NCBI GenBank assembly: GCA_963708075.1
Contig: OY970194.1
Coordinates: 864,001 to 928,000, forward strand
DNA: 64,000 nucleotides
From: Sedimentisphaerales bacterium
GTDB taxonomy: Bacteria > Planctomycetota > Phycisphaerae > Sedimentisphaerales > Anaerobacaceae
Direction of reading: 5' to 3'
Below are positions 41,615 to 50,728 of the stretch, one piece after another; within the stretch, counting starts at the first letter, position 1, and each line of letters begins with the position of its first letter. The translations under genes were made by a program, and so were the position numbers. The notes under the pieces were generated by a model, which did not search any database, had not been told where the DNA came from, and saw nothing but the letters and a program-made list of their open reading frames with translations.

Positions 41615-42961
41615 ATGGAGAAGACTGCAGGACGAGTCACATCGCGTCGCGAATTTCTGAAGCGCTCCGGCCGGATGACTGTGGCTTCGGCCGTGCTGGC
41701 CGCTCTCGGACCGCGTATCTATGCCGCTCCAAACGACGTCATCAGACTCGCTCTCGTCGGCTGTGGAGGGCGGGGCACAGGTGCTGTGGCTGACGCATTC
41801 TCGACGACGGGAGGGCCGGTAAAGCTGTACGCCGTGGCCGATCTGTTCGAGGCGCGAGTGCAGGCGAGCCTGAAGAATCTGAAGGGAGGTTTTGCGGATA
41901 AGCTGGACGTCCCGCCGGAGCGGCAATTCGTGGGTCTTGATGCCTACAGGAAAGCCATCGATTGCCTCGGCCCCGGCGATGTCGTGCTCCTGACCACGCA
42001 TGCCGCATTTCGGCCGATGCACTTTGAGTACGCCGTGAGCAAGGGCGTCAATGTGTTCGCGGAGAAGTCGTTCGCGACCGATGGTCCGGCCGTGCGCCGC
42101 TGGCTTAAGGCGGCCGAGATGTCCGAGCGAAAGAACCTGAAGGTCGGCGTCGGCTTCATGTGGCGTCACTCCAAAGCCCGGCAGGAGACCATCCGGCGGA
42201 TTCGCGACGGGGCCATCGGCGACGTCCATACGATGCGGATATATCGCGTCCATGGCCCGGTGCAGTGCCCGCCGTTGCCCAAGGATGCCAATGAGCTGGT
42301 GTTTCAACTTCAGAATCCCAACAGCTTCACGTGGGTTTCCTCGGGATTCTTCATCGACTGGCACTGCCACAACATCGACGTGGCCTGCTGGACGAAGGGG
42401 GCCTGGCCGGTCTCGGCCCAGGGCATGGGCGGCCGATGCTACGAGCAGGCGGGCAGCCAGTTCGACCACTACACAGTCGAATACACCTTCGCGGATGGGA
42501 CTAAGCTGTTCACTTTTTCGCGACACATGCCCAACTGCTGGGAGACCTACGCGGACTATGCGCACGGGTCCAAGGGCTCGGCCGTCCTCATGGCCACCCT
42601 CGGTGAGCCCAAGCCCAGAATCTACAAGGGGCACAACATGGTCCCGGAGAACCTCATCTGGGAGTTCGGCCAATCGGACCCGAACCCGTATCATGTGGAA
42701 TGGCAGGTCCTGCTCGATGCAATCCGTCAGAATAAGCCGCACAATGAAGCCCGCCGCGCGGGCGAGGCCGAGGTCGCCGCGCTGATGGGACGCGCGGCCA
42801 CGCACACCGGACAACTCATCACGTGGGACCAGGTCCTCAGCTCGAACTTCCAGTTCGTGCAGGACATCGACAGCATGACCTTCGAGACGCCCGCCACCGT
42901 TCACGCAGGTCCTGGCGGCATCTACGCCCCTCCACAGCCCGGGCTCACAAAAGAGTGCTGA
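41615..42961 (+). CDS. Tat-exported Gfo/Idh/MocA oxidoreductase
   Basis: GGAGG RBS; SRREFLK; ALVGCGGRGTGA; FAEK; HNIDV. Confidence 0.9.
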   Translation: MEKTAGRVTSRREFLKRSGRMTVASAVLAALGPRIYAAPNDVIRLALVGCGGRGTGAVADAFSTTGGPVKLYAVADLFEARVQASLKNLKGGFADKLDVPPERQFVGLDAYRKAIDCLGPGDVVLLTTHAAFRPMHFEYAVSKGVNVFAEKSFATDGPAVRRWLKAAEMSERKNLKVGVGFMWRHSKARQETIRRIRDGAIGDVHTMRIYRVHGPVQCPPLPKDANELVFQLQNPNSFTWVSSGFFIDWHCHNIDVACWTKGAWPVSAQGMGGRCYEQAGSQFDHYTVEYTFADGTKLFTFSRHMPNCWETYADYAHGSKGSAVLMATLGEPKPRIYKGHNMVPENLIWEFGQSDPNPYHVEWQVLLDAIRQNKPHNEARRAGEAEVAALMGRAATHTGQLITWDQVLSSNFQFVQDIDSMTFETPATVHAGPGGIYAPPQPGLTKEC

Positions 42962-43003
42962 CGGCGGGGGATGTGTATCCGATCTTGACGAAAGGCAGGG
43001 GAT

Positions 43004-43228
43004 ATGGCGGTGAAGCGGCAAGTGTGTGGTTGGCTGGCGGGGCTGATGGTCCTGTGGGTCTGGAGCCATTGTGCTGGAGCGAGTGAGGGACTGTACTACT
43101 GCGGATCGGCCCTGCGGCTGGCGTCCGCCAAAGAGAACGAAGAGACCCTGCGCCAGGCCAAGGCCCAGGCTCCTCCTGCCACCGACACGGATTCATCGAA
43201 ACCTACAGAGGACGACCACGAAGATTGA
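43004..43228 (+). CDS. Small exported hypothetical protein
   Basis: AGGGG before ATG; signal-peptide-like N-terminus; fills the gap between co-oriented genes. Confidence 0.45.
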   Translation: MAVKRQVCGWLAGLMVLWVWSHCAGASEGLYYCGSALRLASAKENEETLRQAKAQAPPATDTDSSKPTEDDHED

Positions 43229-43240
43229 CGGAGCAGTAAC

Positions 43241-43603
43241 ATGTTCGCGAAGCATGATCCTGGACAATACAAGACGCCGCTGCCGGGGATTCAGATGAAG
43301 ACCCTGTGCTACGGCGAACGGACACTCATGACTGAGTTCATTCTGGAACGGGGCCGCACGTTGCCCGTGCACAACCATCCCTACGAGCAGACCGGCTATC
43401 TCGTCAAAGGGCGCATCCGCCTGAGGATCGGCGAGGAGAAACACGAGACGATGCCCGGCGACAGTTGGTGCATCCCTGCGGACGTGGAGCACGGGGCGGA
43501 GATTCTGGAGGACTCTGTTGCCGTGGAGGTCTTCTCGCCCGTGCGGCCGGACTATCTGCCGAGACAAGACGAGCCCACCCTCAGCGAAGGTTCATCTTCT
43601 TGA
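43241..43603 (+). CDS. Cupin domain protein
   Basis: H.HPYEQ.GY...G and PGD...IP..V.H motifs; EVFSPVRPDY. Confidence 0.9.
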   Translation: MFAKHDPGQYKTPLPGIQMKTLCYGERTLMTEFILERGRTLPVHNHPYEQTGYLVKGRIRLRIGEEKHETMPGDSWCIPADVEHGAEILEDSVAVEVFSPVRPDYLPRQDEPTLSEGSSS

Positions 43604-44447
43604 ATGCTTCCGGCAGGGCGTCGATGATATCGGTTGCCATGACGCTGATTTGGCCGAGCTTGTCTGCGGCGATATCGCCTGCCAGGCCGTGAACGTAGAC
43701 GCCCAGGACCGTGGAATCGAAATTGTCCATGCCCTGGCCCATCAGTGCGGCGGTGATGCCGGTCAGCACATCACCTGAGCCGGCGGTCGCCATGCCCGGA
43801 TTGCCGGTGGTATTGATGTAAACGCGATTCCCGTCGGCAACCACCGTTCCCGCTCCTTTCAGGGCGACGACAGCGCCCGTCGTTGAAGCCAGACGTGCCG
43901 CGGCCTCCTGGCGGTCTTTCGGCATCTCCTCCCGGAACAGCCCGGACCACAATCGCTTCATCTCGCCCGGATGCGGTGTCACAGTCATGTGCGCCTTACG
44001 TTTCTTTGGCCAGCCGGTGAGCATGCTCAAATTATTGAGGCCGTCACCGTCGATGATCAGTCGCAGACCTTCCTGCTGGAGCAGCGCCTCCACAATGGAT
44101 CGTAAGCCGGTCGTTTGGCCCAGGCCCGGACCGATAGCTACAACATCGTTCTCCGCCGCTGCGTTAAGGATAGCGTTGATCGCCTTTGCGGAGACTCGGC
44201 CGGCACTGTCCTCGGGTAGGGGGGCCGTCGTGTACGAAGGCTCGATAGACGCCACGATGGGCAGCGCGCTCTTCGCGGTGGCGACTCGCACGAGGCCCGC
44301 TCCCGCGCGCAGTGCGGCCCGGCCGACCAGGGCCGCCGCGCCGGTCATGCCGATGCTGCCGGCAATAACGTAGACCCGGCCGAACGTACCCTTGTGTCCG
44401 TCCGCAGGCCGCGGCTTGAGCTTCGGCACCTCGCGCACGATTTCCAT
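43581..44447 (-). CDS. nnrD: ADP-dependent NAD(P)H-hydrate dehydratase (stand-alone)
   Basis: HKGTFG, GAGLV, GPGLG, TPHPGEM, LKGAGT and MATAGSGDVLTG motifs. Confidence 0.9.
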   Translation of the reverse strand: MEIVREVPKLKPRPADGHKGTFGRVYVIAGSIGMTGAAALVGRAALRAGAGLVRVATAKSALPIVASIEPSYTTAPLPEDSAGRVSAKAINAILNAAAENDVVAIGPGLGQTTGLRSIVEALLQQEGLRLIIDGDGLNNLSMLTGWPKKRKAHMTVTPHPGEMKRLWSGLFREEMPKDRQEAAARLASTTGAVVALKGAGTVVADGNRVYINTTGNPGMATAGSGDVLTGITAALMGQGMDNFDSTVLGVYVHGLAGDIAADKLGQISVMATDIIDALPEAFKKMNLR

Positions 44448-44450
44448 GTC

Positions 44451-45218
44451 TCACTCCGCCCCATCGATCTTCCGGTTGATGATCGTCGCGGTCACGGCCG
44501 CCGAAAAGCCGTTGTCGATATTGACCACGGTGATGCCCGAAGCACAGCTATTGAGCATGGTCAGCAGAGCGGACACCCCCTGGAAGCTGCATCCGTACCC
44601 GACGCTGGTCGGCACGGCGATCACCGGGCAGCTCACCAGCCCGCCCAGCACGCTCGCCAACGCGCCCTCCATGCCCGCCACCACGATAATGATGTTCGCC
44701 TTCTGCAGGTCGGGCAGGTGTCCGAACAGGCGGTGCAGGCCGGCCACGCCGACGTCGCAGACCAGCTCGGTTCGCTGGCCCATGATTTCGGCGGTCACCT
44801 TTGCCTCCATCGCCACAGGCAGATCGGCCGTGCCCGCCGTCACGATCGGCAGCACGCTCTTCGACCGGGGCAGTTCCTTCTGCTCCAGCACGATCGCCCG
44901 CGAGAGCTCTTCGTACCGGGCCGCGGGGAACTCGCCGGTCTTCGAAAGGGCCGCGAAGACTTCCGGATTGGCCCTTGTCGCCAACACGTTATTGCCTTTG
45001 GAGGCCAGCGATTCGAAGATACGGATGATCTGCTCGGTGGTTTTGCCTGGACAGAAGATGACCTCAGGAAAGCCCCGACGGAGCTGCCGGTGGTGGTCCA
45101 CGCGGGCAAAGCCGAGATCCTCAAAGGGCAGGAGGCGAAGCCGCTGCATGGCTTCGTCGATCCCGACCTGGCCATCCTTGACTTGTTCCAGCAGTTGTCT
45201 CAAGTGCTCTGGTTGAAT
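44451..45218 (-). CDS. larB: Nickel pincer cofactor biosynthesis protein LarB (PurE-like); start ATT 45218 or TTG 45203
   Basis: DHHR..RRGFPEVI, TAGTAD, DVGVAG.HR, AGMEGAL, PTSVGYG and VVNIDNGFSA motifs. Confidence 0.9.
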   Translation of the reverse strand: MQPEHLRQLLEQVKDGQVGIDEAMQRLRLLPFEDLGFARVDHHRQLRRGFPEVIFCPGKTTEQIIRIFESLASKGNNVLATRANPEVFAALSKTGEFPAARYEELSRAIVLEQKELPRSKSVLPIVTAGTADLPVAMEAKVTAEIMGQRTELVCDVGVAGLHRLFGHLPDLQKANIIIVVAGMEGALASVLGGLVSCPVIAVPTSVGYGCSFQGVSALLTMLNSCASGITVVNIDNGFSAAVTATIINRKIDGAE

Positions 45219-45230
45219 GATCGGGTCCTC

Positions 45231-45265
45231 GATTTACAATTTGCGATTTATGATTCGCGATTTGG
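45231..45265. repeat. Degenerate heptamer tandem repeat in the tsaD-larB spacer
   Basis: gatttac aatttgc gatttat gattcgc gatttgg. Confidence 0.7.
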
Positions 45266-45291
45266 GCTGACGCCCGTCGCCGCAGTCCTAT

Positions 45292-46335
45292 TCAGCCGTT
45301 AGCGCTTGGCTCCAAGGTCAGCGGCGCGAGCAGCCCGGCTTTGTACATGTAGTACGCCAACGAGGCTACCATAACGGCGTTATCGGTGCAATATGCTTTC
45401 GGCGCTACCAGCAGGCGCCGGGGCGGCCGGCTCTTCTCGCACATCTTCTGCATCGCCTCGCGCAGGGCGCTGTTGGCGGCCACACCGCCGCCGAGCAGGA
45501 CCGTCCTCGCGCTGATCTTGTCCGCCGCCCGCCGGGTCTTTTTCACCAGGACGTCGACCACCGCCGCCTGGAACGACGCGGCGATGTCGGCGATCTCCTG
45601 CTCGCTCATGGAATCGGCCCGGTTCTCGCCCTTCATGTCCTGGCCCCGGCAGTAGTAAAGGACCGCGGTCTTGATCCCGCTGAAGGAGAAATCCAGCGAA
45701 TCCCGGCCAAGCATCGGATGAGGAAAGCGGACGGCCTTGGGATTGCCGGTTCTCGCGATCCGCTCGATATTGGGCCCGCCGGGGTAGGGCAGCTTGAGGA
45801 TCGTGGCAACCTTGTCGAACGCCTCGCCGGCCGCGTCATCGATCGTCGAGCCGAGCAGCCGCAGATCCAGCGGCGAGTCCGCCTCGTACAGGCTCGTATG
45901 CCCGCCCGACACGATCAACGCCACCGCGGGCAGCTCCAACTTCTCCTCGTTCAGCATTGCTGATTGCAGGTGGGCGTGGAGATGGTTGACCGCGATCAGG
46001 GGCTTGCTCCACATGAAACTGAGCGTCTTGGCTGCCGTAACGCCCACGACCAGGGCGATGGTCAGTCCGGGCTGGCTTGCCACGGCTACCGCGTCAAGAT
46101 CGTCCTTGCCGACACCGGCCTGCGCCATGGCCTCCAAGATGACCGGGTAGATCTTTTCGATGTGCGCCCGCGAGGCGATCTCGGGCACGACGCCGCCGTA
46201 TTTCTCGTGCAGCTTGGTCTGAGAGGCCACGACGGAGGATCGGACCTGCCGGCCGTCGGCGACAACCGCCGCCGCCGTCTCATCACAGCTCGTCTCAATG
46301 CCAAGGATATTGATTTGTTTCTCTTGAGCCGCCAT
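45292..46335 (-). CDS. tsaD: tRNA N6-adenosine threonylcarbamoyltransferase TsaD
   Basis: ILGIETSCDET, GGVVPEIASRAH, SGGHT, DDAAGEAFDK, FSFSG.KTA, GGVAAN and CTDNA motifs. Confidence 0.97.
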   Translation of the reverse strand: MAAQEKQINILGIETSCDETAAAVVADGRQVRSSVVASQTKLHEKYGGVVPEIASRAHIEKIYPVILEAMAQAGVGKDDLDAVAVASQPGLTIALVVGVTAAKTLSFMWSKPLIAVNHLHAHLQSAMLNEEKLELPAVALIVSGGHTSLYEADSPLDLRLLGSTIDDAAGEAFDKVATILKLPYPGGPNIERIARTGNPKAVRFPHPMLGRDSLDFSFSGIKTAVLYYCRGQDMKGENRADSMSEQEIADIAASFQAAVVDVLVKKTRRAADKISARTVLLGGGVAANSALREAMQKMCEKSRPPRRLLVAPKAYCTDNAVMVASLAYYMYKAGLLAPLTLEPSANG

Positions 46336-46342
46336 TGCCCCG

Positions 46343-46371
46343 ATGATAGCCGCAGCGGGCATTCCTGTCAA
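46343..46371 (-). promoter_or_regulatory. sigma70 promoter of tsaD (probably leaderless)
   Basis: TTGACA-N17-TATCAT ending 7 nt before the ATG. Confidence 0.65.
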
Positions 46372-46534
46372 CGCGGCTGCAACAAGGCGTTGGCGGTGGA
46401 GTACGTGCTGCTGGTGGCTGCACAAAAGAAGTGGGCGCCTCACTCATGCGTCCACGAGCAAGGCACCCTATAGATTAAACATATCCACGCTGTGTGGATA
46501 TGAACGCGATCCTTCCACGCGTCGCGTACAGCGG

Positions 46535-49500
46535 CTATCTCACCGCTTGCGCGATCCTCAGATACTCATCCACCGTGCGGCAGTTCGTCTCGACGACCGG
46601 ACAAGCCGAGCCCAACAGCAGGCTATCGCCTGTCGAGCCCAAAGCCTGTCCAGGTATCTGGCAGCCACCACACTGCGTTTTTATGACCGGGCAAATCGTG
46701 ATGCCCTGAGCACACACGGTCGGCGTCAGGGGGCACTCCGTGTATGTCGGCGGACACTCCGTCTCCACAGCGGGACACTCGGTCTGCACCTGCTGGCACC
46801 GGGTGGCTGTCGGGGGACATTTCGTCTGCACGATCGGACATTCCGTCTCCGTCGGCGGGCAAGCGGTTTTCACTGCGGGGCACTGCGTCTGCACCTGCTG
46901 GCATTCCGTTACCGTCGCCGGGCACTTGGTCGTCGCCGGCGGGCATTTCGTCGTAGAGGGCGGACACTTCGTCACCTCGGCAGGACACTGAGTTGCAACG
47001 ACCTGGCACTCCGTTGTTGTCGCCGGACACTTCGTCAGCTCCGTCGGACATCTCGTCGGATAGACCGGGCACTTCGTCTGCTCGACCCAGCATTCCGTCT
47101 CGGTGGGCGGGCACTGTGTCTGCACGACGGGACATTGCGTCTGGACTACCTGGCATTCCGTGGCTGTGGGCGGGCACCTGGTCGGTGCCGGCGGGCACTG
47201 GGTCAGCACCGCCGGACACTTTGTATCCGTGGTCGGACAGGACGTTTCCACGACGGGACAAGTCGTCTTCACGGTCTGGCACTGCGTCACCGTCGCCGGG
47301 CAGGTCGTCTGCGTGGCCGGGCATTGTGTCAGTGCCACCGGCTGGGACGTGGGCTGGACAGTATCCACGGTGAACTGCAGGCAGAACGACATGTCGATGG
47401 AATTGCGCTCCACGGAGAAGTACTTGTGGCCGAGCGGATAATGCAGCTCATGCCAGCCCACCGCGCCTGTACTGAGCGCGGAGAAGACGGCGTCATCCAT
47501 GAAGTGCTCCGGCCACCGCCGCGTCTTCCAGCCGAATTGGCCATCGACGGTTTCCGCCGCGACTTCCAGCCAGTAAATCCGCGGCTCCTCGGACGAGCCC
47601 TCCTGTACGAAGGCCTTGTCGGGGTCGATCTCGAACGCGAGCTTCCAGACCTGCTTGTCGCCGCCCGGAATGGCGTCGCTCAGGGCCGGGTCCCACCACC
47701 ACTCGCCTGCGATGTCGGCGGTGTGGTAGAGTTCCTCGGTGAACTGGCCGGCGAGGAATTCCCCTTGCCACAGGGTTTCCGGAGCAGGCATGGAGTACTT
47801 GTTCTTCGAGTCGGGCCCTTCAGGTCCGATGGGGTCATCCGGATGGATGCGCAGGCGAATCTTCTTGATCTCGCCTTTGACATCGCCCTTCCACGAGCCC
47901 CACAAAGTGATGGAGGTGAGCCGGCCGCGCTGCCTGCATTCGAAATCGTCCGCGATCGTTCGCGGGAGGTTCTCGCCGTTGTCGACGCGGATGTCGATGC
48001 CTTCCGGCGTCAGGTCGGGCAACTGGCACCACTGCTTCGCCGCAGCGGGCTGTGACACAATCCAGACCTCGTGATCTTCGACCTCGCCGTCCCTGGCCTC
48101 GCCCTCCGGGCTGAGTCCGCCTTCCCTGCTGATTCGGAATCGAGCGAAGGTTTGGCCGATCAAGGCGCTGCCCGGGGTCGTGAAGTTGATCGTGTGGAAT
48201 CCGTCGGGCAGGAAGCCGTCGAAGACCTTCTCGGTGGCTTGCCATGCGAAATCACGATTGAAGTCGATCCACGCCTGGACTACGCCGCCGCCTCCACCGA
48301 CCATGACGCCGGCCGCGGCCGGTAAGCCGGGGAACAGGGGCAGCAGCGAGGCGCCGTTCTCATCGTCGTTTCCTGCATTATCATCACCATGAGCGGTGGT
48401 ATCAGGCTGGCCGTCGGACTCTGAGTCGGGCATATCTTTCTCGTTGCCCAGCCACGGACCTGTGGCCAAGTGCCGAGCGCCATTGTTGAAGTTTATCGTC
48501 GGATAACCGGGGGCGATGGTTCCGGTGGGAGCATCACCCCAGTCGTACCTCAGGACGCCGACGGGTATCGTTGTCGGTTGAATGTAGTAGTCCTCGGTTT
48601 CGCCGTACTTGTAGCCGGTTGCGGGGCCGCATCCGGCCGTCGAGGGGATGCCGCTGGTCGGTCCCCATGGCCGGTCAGCAATGGAAATCCGCAGCCACAT
48701 CGGATCGATCCTATCCTTGACAGGATGCCAGGAGCGGAATGCCGGCGTAGTGAACGGGTACACACCGGGAGCGGCCAAGCTGATCACCTGATTCTGCACG
48801 GCCCACTCCGGGACGTCCGTGCCATCGGGGCACTTGAGTATGTCGTCCCAGTCGCCATCGCGATTCCAGTCGCACCAGACGTTCACGTAAGGTCGCTGCG
48901 CGGATGTGGCGGTCATTGTGACGAAATAATCGAGAGTCGTCGTATCGCAGAACGGCATGCTGACGGGAAGCTTCAGGCCGTCATCGGCCCCGTCGCGGTT
49001 GGCGATGTCATTCAGCGGGTCAATGTTGGTAATTCCGTCGTCGTCGATCCCGATGTCAGCCTCCGTCTCCAGGCTGACCCACTTGCCCAGGTAGTACATG
49101 TCGCGCGGGAGCTGGTGCATGGGCCCGTACGGAGGCGAGCCCGCCTGGTACACGGTCGGGTAACTGGCGATGACGCCGCTGGGATAGGCCAGCATTTTCG
49201 CGCCGGGGATGCTGTTGGAACTGTCGGGAGCGTCGCCAAGGTCACGGCTGGCCAGAAGGTCCGTGCCGTCGGTAATCACAAAGGCCAGGTCCAGGGATGC
49301 ACCCGTGTACTTGTGCCCTTTAGGATACGCCATCTCCACCCAGCCGGTCGCATTCGACTGAAAATACACCGCGTCATCATTCCATCGCAATTCCCGGGTC
49401 GTTGTCTTCCATCCAAAACTGTAGTTGCCCGTCGCAGACAATTCTCTCACCGCAAGCCAGTAAATCTTCCCTTCCTCCTGCGTGAAAGGCTCCCGGTCGA

Positions 49501-50470
49501 TACAGAAGTTGTATTGGAAAGCATAGCGATGGTTGGCGGCCACGTACTCGCCCTTCACGGGGTTGTACCAGTCCTCGGGGCCGTCATGGACTCGGCGCAC
49601 TGTGTATTCGCCGGGTTTGAAGGTCCGCGTCCATTTTCGATCGCCGGGGTGGCTCCACATCTTGTCGGTGGCCGGGACATCGGTGTAAATGCTCACCTCG
49701 AAGGTGAGACCACCCGGTCCTTGTTTCGGCAATTCATCCTTGTAGAAAGAGCCCCAGATGTGAATATCGCGGATCGGGCCCGTGGCGGTGCATTTGAAGT
49801 CATCCGCTAACGCCTCCTGCGACGCGCTGATGTCGATGCCCGTGAAACCGAGATCGGGCAGTTGCGGCCAGTGCATCTTGTGCGGGCTGCCCGGCTTCCA
49901 GTCACAGGGGCCTCCCTCTCCGGCCGCGATCTCTACACCCGGCTGGTCCTCGTAAGCCCAGCCATCGAACGTCACCCTGTGCGTATCCGTCCCGATGTTC
50001 GATTGGCTCAGCATATGGAGCCATCCGAAGTTGCCCATGGCTGTACGAAGACCGATATACCCGCCGTCTTCACTGAATGATGATAAGCTGATTTCTGTGA
50101 ATACGTCAAAGAATGAGTCCCGGCCGATAGAGCCACCCATCGGCAGGTTCATGGCCATCCCTCCCATGCCGAGGACGCCTCCCATGCCCATGTTCGTCCC
50201 CATGCCGCGCGGCGCATAAAGCGCCAGCTTGGTCCCCATGCCCATCATCATCGCGCCGGGCATGCCCATGTCCAGCCACAACTCGACCCGGAAGTCGTCC
50301 CAGTCCGCAGCCATGCCGCCCAACTGGATCGTTCTCGAGTCCATCGGAGACATGGGATTCAGGGCAAGCGTCACGTCCTGGGAGCCTGAGTAGACGATGG
50401 CCCCGAACGCCGGCGCCGAAATCGCCGCAGCTACAGCGACAGCACAGAATGCAATTGCGAGCCCTTTCAT
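46535..50470 (-). CDS. Large exported protein: Met-rich N-domain, two W.QLPD..ADDF.C domains, two D.GDAP/GEVED-type domains, Cys/Thr heptad tail
   Basis: GGAGGA RBS; signal peptide; WPQLPDL..LADDFKC and WCQLPDL..IADDFEC; DLGDAPD..GETEDY and DWGDAP..GEVEDH; 32 T-x-C heptads. Confidence 0.85.
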   Translation of the reverse strand: MKGLAIAFCAVAVAAAISAPAFGAIVYSGSQDVTLALNPMSPMDSRTIQLGGMAADWDDFRVELWLDMGMPGAMMMGMGTKLALYAPRGMGTNMGMGGVLGMGGMAMNLPMGGSIGRDSFFDVFTEISLSSFSEDGGYIGLRTAMGNFGWLHMLSQSNIGTDTHRVTFDGWAYEDQPGVEIAAGEGGPCDWKPGSPHKMHWPQLPDLGFTGIDISASQEALADDFKCTATGPIRDIHIWGSFYKDELPKQGPGGLTFEVSIYTDVPATDKMWSHPGDRKWTRTFKPGEYTVRRVHDGPEDWYNPVKGEYVAANHRYAFQYNFCIDREPFTQEEGKIYWLAVRELSATGNYSFGWKTTTRELRWNDDAVYFQSNATGWVEMAYPKGHKYTGASLDLAFVITDGTDLLASRDLGDAPDSSNSIPGAKMLAYPSGVIASYPTVYQAGSPPYGPMHQLPRDMYYLGKWVSLETEADIGIDDDGITNIDPLNDIANRDGADDGLKLPVSMPFCDTTTLDYFVTMTATSAQRPYVNVWCDWNRDGDWDDILKCPDGTDVPEWAVQNQVISLAAPGVYPFTTPAFRSWHPVKDRIDPMWLRISIADRPWGPTSGIPSTAGCGPATGYKYGETEDYYIQPTTIPVGVLRYDWGDAPTGTIAPGYPTINFNNGARHLATGPWLGNEKDMPDSESDGQPDTTAHGDDNAGNDDENGASLLPLFPGLPAAAGVMVGGGGGVVQAWIDFNRDFAWQATEKVFDGFLPDGFHTINFTTPGSALIGQTFARFRISREGGLSPEGEARDGEVEDHEVWIVSQPAAAKQWCQLPDLTPEGIDIRVDNGENLPRTIADDFECRQRGRLTSITLWGSWKGDVKGEIKKIRLRIHPDDPIGPEGPDSKNKYSMPAPETLWQGEFLAGQFTEELYHTADIAGEWWWDPALSDAIPGGDKQVWKLAFEIDPDKAFVQEGSSEEPRIYWLEVAAETVDGQFGWKTRRWPEHFMDDAVFSALSTGAVGWHELHYPLGHKYFSVERNSIDMSFCLQFTVDTVQPTSQPVALTQCPATQTTCPATVTQCQTVKTTCPVVETSCPTTDTKCPAVLTQCPPAPTRCPPTATECQVVQTQCPVVQTQCPPTETECWVEQTKCPVYPTRCPTELTKCPATTTECQVVATQCPAEVTKCPPSTTKCPPATTKCPATVTECQQVQTQCPAVKTACPPTETECPIVQTKCPPTATRCQQVQTECPAVETECPPTYTECPLTPTVCAQGITICPVIKTQCGGCQIPGQALGSTGDSLLLGSACPVVETNCRTVDEYLRIAQAVR
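46658..47329 (-). repeat. 21-bp coding tandem repeat, 32 units of T-x-C-(P/Q)-x-x-x
   Basis: Counted in the translation from TQCPATQ to TQCGGCQ with no break in register. Confidence 0.95.
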
Positions 50471-50619
50471 GGCGTGATCCTCCATTTGCGACAACCAGTG
50501 CCCACTTTCGCGTCCAACGTCGAATCAGACGTACCCGATGCTGATAGAGAGAAGTGCCTTTTTGTCCGACCCGACTTGTGTGTATTGCCTACGTACACCC
50601 ACACGAACTATTGCGTTAC

Positions 50620-50648
50620 AGTGTAGCAGGGGGACATCGCTGCGTCAA
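50620..50648 (-). promoter_or_regulatory. sigma70-type promoter
   Basis: TTGACG-N17-TACACT with TG-n. Confidence 0.55.
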
Positions 50649-50728
50649 GTCCGAAAAAAATAATTCCCAGAATACCCCTCGGCTCGCAGGGTTTTATGGG
50701 AACATGGGACGCACGGCAAGGGACGTGA

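Noticed and set aside
46658..47329. Regular DNA repeat considered as a CRISPR array or DGR variable/template region
   Set aside because: It has a 21-nt coding period, no unique spacers, no cas or reverse transcriptase gene, and no adenine-specific pair.
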